NCBI GenBank assembly: GCA_963783575.1
Contig: CAWAOD010000004.1
Coordinates: 224,001-288,000, forward strand
Direction of reading: 5' to 3'
Source: an uncultured Spirochaetota bacterium
GTDB lineage: Bacteria > Spirochaetota > Brevinematia > Brevinematales > JAOACQ01
DNA: 64,000 nt
Shown here: positions 1 to 10,887 of the stretch, piece by piece
Numbering within the stretch: position 1 is the stretch's first letter
Layout of the letters: the number at the start of each line of letters is the position of its first letter
The notes under the pieces: generated by a model
What the model was told of the DNA's origin: nothing
Seen by the model: only the letters and a program-made list of their open reading frames with translations
Databases searched by the model: none
Position numbers and translations under genes: made by a program

Positions 1-23
1 GGTGGATATTTTATCTTGCGGCA

Positions 24-674
24 ATGCGCTATGCCCCAATTTCCGTAATACAGCCGCTTCAGGGCTTCGGATTTTTGGTTTTTGTGGCCTTCAGTATATT
101 TTATCTTCATGAACGTATCCGTCCGACTGATTGGGCAGCAGTTGCCTGTATGCTCCTGGGTATTCTTATTCTGGGGTACAGCACATCCGGGGCCGGCGGT
201 CGGGAAAATTTTACATCGACGCCTTTATTATTGCTAAATCTGGTTCTTTTCCTCCTTTTTGCGATTCTTTACATATTGATAAAGTCCGGTATATTAAAAG
301 GCTTCAGGATTGAAGTCTTTTGGGGAATGGTATCGGGTTCGATAATGGGCCTTGCCGCATTATACACAAAGGCTATGCTTACATATGCGGGCAATAATGA
401 TTTTTTTACAGCATTCGCAGTATATCTTCCCGTTGTAATACTGGTCAATATTGCCGGCCTTCTGGCAATGCAGCGAGGTTTCCAGACCGGTACAGCGATT
501 ATAGTTCTATCCATTCAATCGGTTCTAAACAGCGTAATACCAGTTATAGGCGGGATGCTTTCTTTTTCGGAAAGGCTGTCTTCAAATCCCCCGGTTATTG
601 CACTTCAGATTGCCGGCTTTTTAATGGTAATTTCGGGAACCGCGGTAATATCAAAGTTCACTAAACAGGTGTGA
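24..674 (+). CDS. DMT/EamA-like membrane transporter (probably 5'-truncated by the window edge)
   Basis: Multiple hydrophobic helices with DMT-type motifs (APISVIQPL, FYLHERI, FSERLS). Confidence 0.65.
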   Translation: MRYAPISVIQPLQGFGFLVFVAFSIFYLHERIRPTDWAAVACMLLGILILGYSTSGAGGRENFTSTPLLLLNLVLFLLFAILYILIKSGILKGFRIEVFWGMVSGSIMGLAALYTKAMLTYAGNNDFFTAFAVYLPVVILVNIAGLLAMQRGFQTGTAIIVLSIQSVLNSVIPVIGGMLSFSERLSSNPPVIALQIAGFLMVISGTAVISKFTKQV

Positions 675-726
675 GGTATTATATGCCCGATTTGATTTTA
701 TTGTATTATTAAATTATCTTAAACAT

Positions 727-1698
727 ATGAAAAATAGGAATATGAACCAGGTTCTTTCATCACGTATTTCCCCGCTTGACAATCTGCGCGGGCTTGCTAT
801 CTTCCTGATGATCGTAGTCAATTCCCTGGCCGGTTATGCAAATGTGCCGTTATGGCTCAAACATGCCCCGTTTAACGGCTTTACGCTAGCCGATATAATT
901 ATGCCGGTATTTTTATTTTCAATGGGTTTTTCATACAGCCTTTCACTAAAAAAAAGATTAACAAATAAAGGTTTGTCTAAAACTGTTTTCCATTTTATAA
1001 TAAGATATATGATTCTTTATCTTTTCGGATTAGCCGGAACTCTTTTAATCAGGGAGCCGGGCGGGTGGGGAGTGCTTGAGACTCTGGGATTTGCGGGGTT
1101 ATTCAGCCTTCCATTTATTTTTCTTGAATCAAGATTAAGGTTTATAATTTCAATCTTATTATCGGCTGTATACCAGGCAGCGTCAATGATTTGGGCGGAT
1201 ACGCTTATCAAAACCTATATTCCGACCGGCCTTGGCGGGCCGTTTGCCGTTCTGTCATGGTCATTTCCGCTTATTTTTGCATCATCGCTTTATGACTGGC
1301 TTAAGGATAGGCCTGTCGATTATAGAATAGCCAGGCTTTCGGCTATCGGTGTGGTTTTTCTTGCGTCCGGCATATTGCTGTCAATAATAATTCCAATAAA
1401 CAAGCATCTTGTTTCCGTGTCATATATCTTATTTTCCACAGGAACGGCTTCTTTGCTTTTCATGATTTTTATAATTACCAATGAAATTTTGAAAATAAAT
1501 ATTGGTTACCTTGATATAATGGGTAAAAATTCCCTGCTGCTCTATATGTTCTCAAGTGTGATCATCCTGGTTGAAAATATAATTATCAAACCAGACACAC
1601 AATTTATTATCGCGCTTTCCGGAACTGCTGGAGTTCTGGCATTAATTTTTATCACAGCCTGGATTATGAATTATAAAAAAATATTTATAAAATTGTAA
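727..1698 (+). CDS. Heparan-alpha-glucosaminide N-acetyltransferase-like membrane acyltransferase
   Basis: [32 protein letters not shown]...P.FLF..G and PINKHL motifs. Confidence 0.8.
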   Translation: MKNRNMNQVLSSRISPLDNLRGLAIFLMIVVNSLAGYANVPLWLKHAPFNGFTLADIIMPVFLFSMGFSYSLSLKKRLTNKGLSKTVFHFIIRYMILYLFGLAGTLLIREPGGWGVLETLGFAGLFSLPFIFLESRLRFIISILLSAVYQAASMIWADTLIKTYIPTGLGGPFAVLSWSFPLIFASSLYDWLKDRPVDYRIARLSAIGVVFLASGILLSIIIPINKHLVSVSYILFSTGTASLLFMIFIITNEILKINIGYLDIMGKNSLLLYMFSSVIILVENIIIKPDTQFIIALSGTAGVLALIFITAWIMNYKKIFIKL

Positions 1699-1712
1699 AA
1701 AAGGGTTTACCT

Positions 1713-2063
1713 ATGATTAAAATAAAAAGGGTATATGAAGAAATTTCGCCGGATGACGGTTTCCGGATCCTGGTCGATCTTTTATGGCCGAGGGGATTGG
1801 CAAAGGAAAAGGCCAAAATTGACATATGGCTGAAAGAAGCCGCTCCAAGCGGTGGACTCCGTAAATGGTTCGGGCATGATCCCGAAAAATGGAATGAATT
1901 CAGGAAGCGTTACCGCCATGAACTGGAAATCAAGAATAAAGAATTATATCTGATAGCTGAAAAAGCTGAAAATGGCAACATAACTCTTTTGTATGCGGCT
2001 AAAGATGAATTACATAATAATGCGGTTGTTCTTAAAGAATTTATCGAAAAATTAGTACAATAA
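1713..2063 (+). CDS. DUF488 family protein (YeaO-like)
   Basis: IKIKRVYE...[36 protein letters not shown]. Confidence 0.9.
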   Translation: MIKIKRVYEEISPDDGFRILVDLLWPRGLAKEKAKIDIWLKEAAPSGGLRKWFGHDPEKWNEFRKRYRHELEIKNKELYLIAEKAENGNITLLYAAKDELHNNAVVLKEFIEKLVQ

Positions 2064-2284
2064 ATTATTAATGAATCAAAAGATTCGGTTAACTTCTTTC
2101 GGCTTTTTCTTAAGATAAAGTGATATTGAAAAAGACTGCATCAGTGAGAATAGTTTCCTTTATAAGAAAATGCATTATCGAATTTTGAAATTTTTATGAA
2201 TCAAACTTACAATATTCTGCTGGATTTTCAATTATGCGTATATGCGCCTTTCCGGCTTCGATCCAGTAAAGTCTGGAGGTTTTA

Positions 2285-4909
2285 ATGACCGCAAACAAAC
2301 AAAAAAACAAGAATCGCAAAAACAGCGAAGCTGTAAAAAGGCTTTACGATATTTGTTCCGCACATGTCGAAGAAGCCCTGTCTAAAATGGAAACAAATTC
2401 AAAGGGATTGGACCAGGAAACACATGACAGGCTTTTAAAAGAGTTTGGAAAAAACGAAATATCAGGCTCTGGTAAAACAAATGCATTTGTCGACCTGCTC
2501 CTGCGCTTCAAAAATCCTCTTGTAATACAGTTACTTGTTATCTGTGCCGTATCTTACTTTATGGGAGATTTACGTTCAGCGGCTGTTGTCGGAGGAATGA
2601 TTTTCCTGAGTGTTTTTCTGGCATTTTTCCAGGAAAGGCGTTCCGGAAAAGCCGCCGAGGAGCTTCAAAAAATGGTACAGGCTACCGCTGTTATTCTTAG
2701 TAACGGCAAGGAAGTTGAAGTTACTATAAGCGAGATAGTCCCGGGTGAGATTGTAGTCCTTACAGCCGGTTCTATCGTACCTGCCGATCTACGCATCATA
2801 TCGGCCAAGGATTTTTTTATCAGCCAGTCGGCTTTAACCGGTGAATCGATGCCGGTTGAAAAATTCGCCGAATTTCAGAATCTCGACAGCAAAGAACCTC
2901 TGGCTTTCAGCAATGCCTGTTTCCAGGGAAGCAATGTTGTCAGCGGAAGCGCGAAGGCTATTGCGGTGAATACCGGCAAATCAACAATCCTCGGCGCCAT
3001 ATCGGAAAATTTAACCGAAAGCAAAGAAACCACAAGCTTTGACAAGGGGGTAAGTTCTTTTGTATGGCTTATGGTCAGGTTTATGGTTATCATGGTTTCA
3101 TTAACTTTTTTTATAGTCGGCCTAACAAAACACAATTGGCTTGAAGCTCTTTTATTCGGACTTTCTGTAGCGGTAGGCCTAACGCCGGAGATGCTGCCCA
3201 TGATAGTCACGGTCTGCCTGTCCAAGGGCGCTCTCGTTATGTCGAAAAAAAAGGTCATTGTTAAAAAGCTTAAAGCAATCCAGAATTTCGGGGCAATGAA
3301 TATCCTCTGTACCGACAAGACCGGGACACTGACCCAGGATAGAATTGTTCTGGAGAAATATGTTGATGTAACCAACCGTACCGATACCGACGTTTTGAAA
3401 TATGCTTATCTAAACAGCTATTACCAGACCGGGCTCCGCAATCTTTTAGACAAGGCAATACTCGGACATGAAGATCTTGATGTTGAAAAAAGCGCCCTTA
3501 AGGTGGACGAAATACCATTTGATTTCACAAGGAAAAGAATGTCGGTGATCATAGATTATGAGGATACCCACGTGCTGATCTGCAAAGGTTCGGTTGAGGC
3601 GGTCTACACAATCTGCGACAGGTACCAGATTGATGATGATATCTTTCCGATGATCGATATGATAAAAGCGGACCTGAATGAAGAATACCAGCGCCTGAGT
3701 TCCTCAGGCTACCGCGTTCTTGCAATAGCATACAAGGAATTCGATAAATCAAAGAAAATCTTTTCCCCGGCCGATGAAAATGATCTTATACTTTTAGGTT
3801 ATGTTGCATTTTTCGATCCTCCCAAAGATTCTACAGCGGCAGCGCTTAAGGCACTGTATAAATCCGGGGTCGATGTTAAGATCCTGACCGGAGACAATGA
3901 GCTTGTAACACAAAAGGTCTGTCACGACGTTGGCCTTACCGTTACCGACGTTAAGACCGGGAGGGAACTGGCCGTAATGAACGAGGTAGCTTTTAAAGAA
4001 GCGGTTATAAAAGCCAATGTTTTTGCTTCTCTTACCCCTTCGCAGAAGGAAAAGATTATACAGACTCTCAGGAACGACGGGAATGTTGTCGGTTTTATGG
4101 GGGACGGCATCAATGACGCACCCGCCATGAAAGCAGCCGATGTGGGAATCTCGGTAGATTCGGCAGTTGATATCGCAAAAGAATCGGCAGACATTATCCT
4201 TCTTGAAAAAAGCCTGATGGTTCTTGAGGATGGTATTATAGAAGGTAGAAAGATTTTCGCGAATATTATAAAATATATTAAAATGGGCGCCAGCTCAAAT
4301 TTCGGGAATATGTTCAGCGTCGTCGGCGGAAGCTATTTCCTGCCTTTCTTACCAATGGCGCCTATCCAGGTGCTTGCCAATAACTTCCTTTACGATATTT
4401 CCCAGACCGGGATTCCTACCGATAATGTCGATAATGATCTTATCGAAAAACCGCATAAATGGGATATAGCATTTATACAAAAATTCATGATTAGGATCGG
4501 CCCGATAAGTTCAATTTTCGACTACGCTACTTTTTTCTTGATGCTATATTTCTTCAACTGTAATCTATTTCGAAACCCTAATACCGCTCCGGAAATGAAA
4601 GTCTTTTACGAAAAGCTTTTTCATACAGGCTGGTTTGTTGAGTCGCTGTTAACACAGACCCTTATTGTCCACATCATACGTACAAATAAGATTCCTTTTT
4701 TCCAGAGCCGTGCAAGCCTTCCCATGGGGCTTACAACAATAATTGTTATGGCGGCGGCAGTTTATCTGCCCTATTCACCATTTGCCGCACTCATCGGACT
4801 GGTTCCATTACCGCCTATTTTCTGGTTATGGATCGCCGGATTTCTCCTGGCATATTGTATTTTGACCCATACGCTGAAAACTTACTTCACTAAAAGGATC
4901 GGAGGTTGA
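2285..4909 (+). CDS. mgtA: Mg2+-translocating P-type ATPase
   Basis: TGES, AVGLTPEMLPMIV, DKTGTLT, GDGIND, ASSNFGN and FHTGWFVES motifs of P3B ATPases. Confidence 0.95.
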   Translation: MTANKQKNKNRKNSEAVKRLYDICSAHVEEALSKMETNSKGLDQETHDRLLKEFGKNEISGSGKTNAFVDLLLRFKNPLVIQLLVICAVSYFMGDLRSAAVVGGMIFLSVFLAFFQERRSGKAAEELQKMVQATAVILSNGKEVEVTISEIVPGEIVVLTAGSIVPADLRIISAKDFFISQSALTGESMPVEKFAEFQNLDSKEPLAFSNACFQGSNVVSGSAKAIAVNTGKSTILGAISENLTESKETTSFDKGVSSFVWLMVRFMVIMVSLTFFIVGLTKHNWLEALLFGLSVAVGLTPEMLPMIVTVCLSKGALVMSKKKVIVKKLKAIQNFGAMNILCTDKTGTLTQDRIVLEKYVDVTNRTDTDVLKYAYLNSYYQTGLRNLLDKAILGHEDLDVEKSALKVDEIPFDFTRKRMSVIIDYEDTHVLICKGSVEAVYTICDRYQIDDDIFPMIDMIKADLNEEYQRLSSSGYRVLAIAYKEFDKSKKIFSPADENDLILLGYVAFFDPPKDSTAAALKALYKSGVDVKILTGDNELVTQKVCHDVGLTVTDVKTGRELAVMNEVAFKEAVIKANVFASLTPSQKEKIIQTLRNDGNVVGFMGDGINDAPAMKAADVGISVDSAVDIAKESADIILLEKSLMVLEDGIIEGRKIFANIIKYIKMGASSNFGNMFSVVGGSYFLPFLPMAPIQVLANNFLYDISQTGIPTDNVDNDLIEKPHKWDIAFIQKFMIRIGPISSIFDYATFFLMLYFFNCNLFRNPNTAPEMKVFYEKLFHTGWFVESLLTQTLIVHIIRTNKIPFFQSRASLPMGLTTIIVMAAAVYLPYSPFAALIGLVPLPPIFWLWIAGFLLAYCILTHTLKTYFTKRIGG

Positions 4910-5694
4910 TCATGAAAAGCATTCTTGACGCATTAAAGGATGGAAGGCTCATCGAGCTTCCCGATGCAGACAAGGATAAATCGCTGGAATACCTTGCCGT
5001 CCTTATTGAGGCAATTCCGCATATTACTACTGATATAGATTTTGTCAATGAGATCAAAGAAAGGGAAAAACAGCTCAACACGGCAATAGGGATGGGGGTG
5101 GCTTGTCCCCACGCCCGGTCGAAGCAGGAAGGCGAGCTTCTCTGCGCTGTCGGCTGGTCTCCGGCCGGTATAGATTACGGAGCATACGACAGCAAAAAAG
5201 TTCATTTGATAGTAATGTACTATATCCCCGATTCACATAAAAACACTTATCTGAAGGAAATTTCCGGCCTTGTGAAAGCCATTAAAGAAACGAGCGGCAT
5301 ACAGGACCTTGAGAACATCAAAGATATGACAAGCCTCCGAAGCAGGCTTCTCGACTGGGTGGAGATGTCTATCGATAAATCGACGCCGGATGCAAAGGCA
5401 AGAATGATCAAACTTGAAGAGAAGCAGCTTGCGTCGGCCGCAGCGCCTGAAATTCATGGAAAAATCAGGATCATACCGTTTTCCGCGGTGCTTGTTGATC
5501 CGGTTAAGCTTTTTATCCTGTCACAGGATATGGAAATCATTAATAATTTTGAAAATTCCACAGAGCTTCCCGGCCTTTTAACCACGCGTACCGACTTTGA
5601 TCTGGCCGGTTATCAGGTAACAATCAGTTCATCGAAATCATTCGGTCAGAAAAGATCACTTTATGACTGCGTGGCGGTGAAGATTTCATCATAA
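4906..5694 (+). CDS. PTS EIIA (Ntr/Fru-type) domain protein with C-terminal extension
   Basis: ERE..NTAIGMGVACPHAR phospho-His motif; overlaps the mgtA stop. Confidence 0.8.
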   Translation: MIMKSILDALKDGRLIELPDADKDKSLEYLAVLIEAIPHITTDIDFVNEIKEREKQLNTAIGMGVACPHARSKQEGELLCAVGWSPAGIDYGAYDSKKVHLIVMYYIPDSHKNTYLKEISGLVKAIKETSGIQDLENIKDMTSLRSRLLDWVEMSIDKSTPDAKARMIKLEEKQLASAAAPEIHGKIRIIPFSAVLVDPVKLFILSQDMEIINNFENSTELPGLLTTRTDFDLAGYQVTISSSKSFGQKRSLYDCVAVKISS

Positions 5695-5854
5695 CTTTTG
5701 AGTAATTTTGATCATGGCGTTATCATCGCGATTTTTTCAGCAGTTTTATTGTTTTGCCTGTCGTTATTCACCGAGGCAATTTTGGCGGCAGCAAAAGCAG
5801 AGCAACCACGCCTTAAAAGTTCGATCGAATCATAAACTGCAACAGATAGTAACC

Positions 5855-6580
5855 TTACCCTTCCTGTCTTATCAACTCAATCATATCCCTCACTGCTTTT
5901 TCAAGCCCTGTAAAAAGAGCGCGCCCGATTATCGAATGCCCTATGTTGAGGGTCTCGATCTCCGAAATGCAGGCGACTTCCCTAACATTTTTATAATTCA
6001 GTCCATGACCTGCGTTTACCCGGAGGCCAATGGAGGCTGCGTATTTTGCTGCGTTTATTACATTATTAAGCTCTTTATTTATCTCTAGCTCGCCGGAGGC
6101 ATCGGCGTATCTTCCGGTATGGATTTCTATATAATCGCTGCCTGCTTCCCTGGAAGCCTCGATCTGGTCTTTTTCCGCATCGATAAAGAGGCTGACAATA
6201 ACCCCCTTTTTCTTGAGCCCTGAAATGACTTCTTTCAATACACTGCTGTTTTTAACCGCATCAAGCCCGCCTTCGGTTGTTATTTCCTCACGCCTTTCGG
6301 GTACTATACAGACATCATCCGGTACTATTTTCATTGCTATATCAACAATATCAGGATTTACGGACATTTCCAGGTTCAGCCTTGTTTTTAAGGCGTTCCT
6401 CAGAAGATAAACATCCCTGTCCTGGATATGCCGTCTGTCTTCCCTTAAATGCGCAGTAATACTGTCGGCCCCGGCAAGTTCCGCGAGAACAGCCGCATAA
6501 AGCGGATCGGGGCTATCCGATTTTCTCACCTGCCTTAATGTGGCCACATGGTCGATATTTACTCCCAATTTCTTTCTCAT
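5855..6580 (-). CDS. pdxJ: Pyridoxine 5'-phosphate synthase
   Basis: LGVNIDHVATLRQ, HLREDRRHIQD, EIHTG, VNAGHGL, LNIGHSII. Confidence 0.97.
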   Translation of the reverse strand: MRKKLGVNIDHVATLRQVRKSDSPDPLYAAVLAELAGADSITAHLREDRRHIQDRDVYLLRNALKTRLNLEMSVNPDIVDIAMKIVPDDVCIVPERREEITTEGGLDAVKNSSVLKEVISGLKKKGVIVSLFIDAEKDQIEASREAGSDYIEIHTGRYADASGELEINKELNNVINAAKYAASIGLRVNAGHGLNYKNVREVACISEIETLNIGHSIIGRALFTGLEKAVRDMIELIRQEG

Positions 6581-6692
6581 ATTATTCCTCTTTTATTGAT
6601 AATGCATGTATAAATTTCTAATAATAATAATAATTTTATCTGTTTTTGCATTAAAAATCAAGCCGTTTTGATTATACAAATTAAATAAACTA

Positions 6693-7340
6693 TTGGTAAA
6701 AAAAATCGATAATAATCATATGATAAAAAAATTGAATTTTGATGATATTCAGTCGATTATTAACAGTCTGGATTCCCCCCATAATTTTAACGATCCTTAC
6801 GATTCATCCAAAGAGGAAGAATTGCGGGCTGAGCTTGAAAAATATATAAATACCGGGATTTTTGAAAATAAGGCTGTCCTGGGAATTGAAATAAGAAAAT
6901 TCATAAAATTCGGCCTTTTTGAACAATCCATAATTCCTTTTGTTTTTTGCGAGATTATAAGCAGTGCTGTTTCTTTCTGCATTAATCAAAACAAAAGTAT
7001 TTTTATTAATTATCATAAGGAAGATTTTAAGAGAAATTTTAAAATCCGGGAAAGCGGCGGCTATTACGTTTTTGACAATCCCCTGATGGCGCTGATATTT
7101 ATAATGGGCCTTGAGATTAATTTAAAAGCATACAATTCATTCAAGATTTACCCGAACCTGAGGAATATAATAGGCTGTCTTGATTTTCACTACGCCATCA
7201 CCTATGACAAGGTCTTCGGTTTTAATAACTATTTCTATGGGAATGGAATTGGCAATAACAGCAGAATCATCAACAGGGAAAGCGGTAGTAAATGCATAAT
7301 TGATAAAGCGGCTTATGAATGGCTGATTGTTAATGTTTAA
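6693..7340 (+). CDS. Hypothetical protein, possibly a degenerate class III nucleotide cyclase-like domain
   Basis: Order of motifs VLGIEI..., ESGG..VFDNP, YAITYD, YGNGI.NNSRI resembles the cyclase fold; both metal-binding Asp positions appear altered. Confidence 0.4.
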   Translation: MVKKIDNNHMIKKLNFDDIQSIINSLDSPHNFNDPYDSSKEEELRAELEKYINTGIFENKAVLGIEIRKFIKFGLFEQSIIPFVFCEIISSAVSFCINQNKSIFINYHKEDFKRNFKIRESGGYYVFDNPLMALIFIMGLEINLKAYNSFKIYPNLRNIIGCLDFHYAITYDKVFGFNNYFYGNGIGNNSRIINRESGSKCIIDKAAYEWLIVNV

Positions 7341-7354
7341 ATTTCATCAACTCA

Positions 7355-7780
7355 TTAATTAAAAAAAGAAATAATAATCCCGGCTATGATGATAAAAACC
7401 GCATAAAGAGAACCTTTCCAGGGCGTATCCGCTTTTGTTTTCCTGCATAACAGGAAATTATTAATAAAAAGCCCGGTACAAAAAATCAGGGCTATAATGG
7501 GAATTGCATATTTGTAAAACAAACTGTTTATAAAATAATTAACAACAGGACAAATTATCATTAATAACGCCATAACAAGAAAACCCAGCCCGCTCAATCT
7601 AAGAATTGACAATATTACAGGCTTTAGCTGATCGTCAATTTCATCCCATTTTTTATTTGCCGCCTGTTCATGAAAAGGCATGAATTTTTCTGATGAAAAG
7701 CTTTTAAGCGCCATGACTAAACTGATAACGCCGACAATAAAATAAAGCACGACAGGTATTATTTTAAGTATTTCTCTCAT
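7355..7780 (-). CDS. Hypothetical 4-TM membrane protein
   Basis: Four hydrophobic segments; GGAGG SD upstream. Confidence 0.7.
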   Translation of the reverse strand: MREILKIIPVVLYFIVGVISLVMALKSFSSEKFMPFHEQAANKKWDEIDDQLKPVILSILRLSGLGFLVMALLMIICPVVNYFINSLFYKYAIPIIALIFCTGLFINNFLLCRKTKADTPWKGSLYAVFIIIAGIIISFFN

Positions 7781-7798
7781 TTTAAACCTCCAATAGAA

Positions 7799-10700
7799 TC
7801 AAATATCAAACTCCAGAATACTCCTTGTTCCGTTATGACTTTCTATTGTAAAACTGCCGTCAAACTGCTTGCTAAGCATTTTTACCAGCATAATACCGAA
7901 TCCTTTTGATTCATTGATATCAAATCCCGCGGGTAATCCTACGCCGTTATCCCTTATGGTAAGAGTTATATGATTATCAACATTTTTTAAGGCAATATTT
8001 ATCAAACCGGAATCTCTATTGACGAAAGCGTATTTGAATATATTTGAGATAAGTTCATTGATAAAAATCCCGAGATAAAACAGGCGTCTTGAATCAAGTT
8101 GAAATTCCTCAATTCTTTTATCAATTGTGATATTCAGACTATCAGGAAAAAGCGCTAATATCGCGTCTACAAGACCTTCAATATAATTTTTCACGGGAAT
8201 ATTTTCATAATTTTCTGTAAGAATTAACTTATCATAGAGCAGTCTCATACTATTTACCCGGCCGATAATATCCTTTAAGACAGAAATAACCTCCGGATTT
8301 GTTATTGACCGTAACTGCAATGATAGAAGGCTTCCGATAGAAGCTATATTATTTTTTATCCGGTGATGGACCTCTTTGATCATAAGTTCTTTTTCCTGTA
8401 ATTGACGCTTTATTTCCTCTTCAGCCTGAAGGCGTTTAGTTTCATTTCGCTGTACCTCAATGGCGAAACCAATATCATTTGCAAGTTCATCAAGCAATTT
8501 TACCTCTTCTTCATTGAAAAAACTGATTTCATTAGCATAGATATTTAACGTACCCCAAATTTTACCTTCTACTATTAAAGGAAAAGCTGCCGATGATTGA
8601 TAAGCGTTAATTTTCGCGGCTTCCTTCCATGGCTTCATTGTTTCATCACTTTGAATATCATTAGAAATTATATGAGCCGCTGATTTGACAGCTCTGCCTG
8701 TCGGACCGTTACTTCGCACTTCATCGTTAAGATCGATGTTGATAAATTTAAGATAATCGGCTTCAATTCCCTGTGACGCGGCGACATCAACTTTATTGAT
8801 ATCAGAATTAATTTTACCGATCCATACCATCCCAAATCCGCCCTTCTCAATTGCCGCTTCGCAAACCGATTTAAAAAACTCCTGCTGATTATGACAGCGG
8901 ACAATTATCTGATTAATACAACTCAATAAAGAATACATTCTGGTCAAATTGTGTAAGGCTTCCTCCGCCTGTTTGCGCTCGGTGATGTCGCGTACAATTC
9001 CTTGAAGACGCCCATCGGATAGTTTTTTAGCGCTGATCTCCACCGGTACAAATGAACCATCCTTGCGGATCAATCTACGTTCAGTCAAAAGAATATTTCC
9101 TTGCTGTAATTCATCAAATTTCAAGGGAATCTCCAGAGTTTTTTCCGCCACATCCTGCATGGTAAGGTTAAGAATTTCTTCACGGTTGTAGCCTAACAAT
9201 CTACACCCCGAAGTATTTACATCGATATATCGCCCATCGCTATCCGCAACAAATATCCCCTCAGAAGCCTGCTCGATCAGTGTTCGGTATTGTGCTTCAC
9301 TCTCGCGCAGCAGCTCTTCAGCCCGTTTTCGCTCGGTTATATCTTCAATACTGGATATAATGCAGTATTTATCGCCCAGCCGGATTACCTGAGCGGATAA
9401 AAGAACTGATGCAATATTTCCTCTTTTCGAGCGAAGCATTGTCTCCTGGCGAACTACGGCCCGTCCTTCTCGAAGAACAGCTACCATGCGCAGCCGGTCT
9501 TCATCATTAGCCCATATATTTAAATCAAGTGTTGTGCTGGCAAGTGCTTCTTCCCTTGTGTAACCGGAAATGCTGGTAAAAGCGTCGTTGACCTCAATAA
9601 ACCTGCCGTCTTCCATATTCGTAATAATAAAGGCATACGGCGATGTCCAGAAAGCTTTGGAGAAGCGCTCTTCGCTCTCACGCAGGGCCTCCTCCGCATG
9701 CCTGCGCTCGGTGATGTCGCGCACCATAACGATTGTATGCTCAATTCCATTCAGAATGATTAGAGAAGCTGACATCATTCCAAGCATTATTTTCCCGCTT
9801 TTAGTACGAAACATGGCTTCAAATTCCTCAACTTTTCCGTCTTTCTTTAAACCATCCACAAATATTTTTCTATCTACAGGATTTTCCCAGATATTTTTTT
9901 CGATTGAAGATTTCCAGAGAATATCTTCTTCGGAATATCCCATAATCCGCGTAAATGCAATATTAATTGAAACATAAACGCCGTCATCCAATCGATTGAT
10001 ACTGAAGCAGTCAGGACTTGTCATAAATGCTTTTCTGAACTTTTCCTCACTCGCATTGAGAGCCTCTTCCGCCTGTCTTCTTTTGGTAACATCGTGTATA
10101 ATTGAGTACAGTAATTTCCTGCCGGAAACGGTAATAGGCCCGCTATAGACTTCCACATCCCGAATATCCCCATTTGCCAGGCGATGTTTGAAATTAAAAT
10201 ACTTGCTTATTTCCATTACAGCTTTTTTCAATTCTTCACGAATTGAACTTTCCGGTAATATATTTATTTCATTTATCTTTTTTTTTGTAATCTCTTCATG
10301 GCTCCAGCCGTAATAATTACAAGCGGATTCATTCGCATCAACAATATCAGTTGAATCCGGATTAATTAGAAGCATTATAGAATTGTTCTTTTCAAAAAGA
10401 GAACGGTATCGTTCTTCGCTTTCGGCCAAATTTTTATGCGCTTCAAAAAGCTTGAAAGCCATCTTGATTGAAGCATCCAATACTGTTATTCCCGAATTCT
10501 TAACAACATAGCCGTATGAGGTGATTTTTTCCGTTTTCTCAACTATTTCAGATTCCGTATGGTTTGAAAAGAAGACAAGAGGAATTTCCCTTTCTTTAAG
10601 AATTATTTTAGCCGCTTCCGTACCGTCAATCTCCTTTCCGAGATCAATATCCATAAGGATAAGATCAACCGCATCATTTTTTTTGATTATTTCAACAGCA

Positions 10701-10822
10701 TTTTCCCCGGAATAGGAAATTATAACATTGTAACCGATATTCTCAAGATTAATTTTTTCAGCCGCGGCGATTAAGACTTCATCATCAACAAGAAGGATTG
10801 TTTTAATTTCTTTCTTTCTCAT
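7799..10822 (-). CDS. Cytoplasmic hybrid sensor histidine kinase (REC-4xPAS-GAF-HisKA_2/HATPase)
   Basis: LLVDDE/LMDIDL receiver, four PAC ends (DITER), GAF, EVHHRIKNN H-box, DNGVG and GFG boxes; start placed at MRKKE behind an AGGGG SD. Confidence 0.92.
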   Translation of the reverse strand: MRKKEIKTILLVDDEVLIAAAEKINLENIGYNVIISYSGENAVEIIKKNDAVDLILMDIDLGKEIDGTEAAKIILKEREIPLVFFSNHTESEIVEKTEKITSYGYVVKNSGITVLDASIKMAFKLFEAHKNLAESEERYRSLFEKNNSIMLLINPDSTDIVDANESACNYYGWSHEEITKKKINEINILPESSIREELKKAVMEISKYFNFKHRLANGDIRDVEVYSGPITVSGRKLLYSIIHDVTKRRQAEEALNASEEKFRKAFMTSPDCFSINRLDDGVYVSINIAFTRIMGYSEEDILWKSSIEKNIWENPVDRKIFVDGLKKDGKVEEFEAMFRTKSGKIMLGMMSASLIILNGIEHTIVMVRDITERRHAEEALRESEERFSKAFWTSPYAFIITNMEDGRFIEVNDAFTSISGYTREEALASTTLDLNIWANDEDRLRMVAVLREGRAVVRQETMLRSKRGNIASVLLSAQVIRLGDKYCIISSIEDITERKRAEELLRESEAQYRTLIEQASEGIFVADSDGRYIDVNTSGCRLLGYNREEILNLTMQDVAEKTLEIPLKFDELQQGNILLTERRLIRKDGSFVPVEISAKKLSDGRLQGIVRDITERKQAEEALHNLTRMYSLLSCINQIIVRCHNQQEFFKSVCEAAIEKGGFGMVWIGKINSDINKVDVAASQGIEADYLKFINIDLNDEVRSNGPTGRAVKSAAHIISNDIQSDETMKPWKEAAKINAYQSSAAFPLIVEGKIWGTLNIYANEISFFNEEEVKLLDELANDIGFAIEVQRNETKRLQAEEEIKRQLQEKELMIKEVHHRIKNNIASIGSLLSLQLRSITNPEVISVLKDIIGRVNSMRLLYDKLILTENYENIPVKNYIEGLVDAILALFPDSLNITIDKRIEEFQLDSRRLFYLGIFINELISNIFKYAFVNRDSGLINIALKNVDNHITLTIRDNGVGLPAGFDINESKGFGIMLVKMLSKQFDGSFTIESHNGTRSILEFDI

Positions 10823-10887
10823 TTTGTACCCCCTATCCCTTGTCAATGTCAAATGTTTAACCGGCTGGATTATATAAGGCAACATTT

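Noticed and set aside
2064..2284. M-box riboswitch or MgtL-type leader upstream of mgtA
   Set aside because: No recognisable M-box core or Pro-rich leader ORF by eye; an Rfam scan would settle it
5708..6088. 126-aa ORF on the plus strand
   Set aside because: Mostly antisense to pdxJ; no recognisable motif
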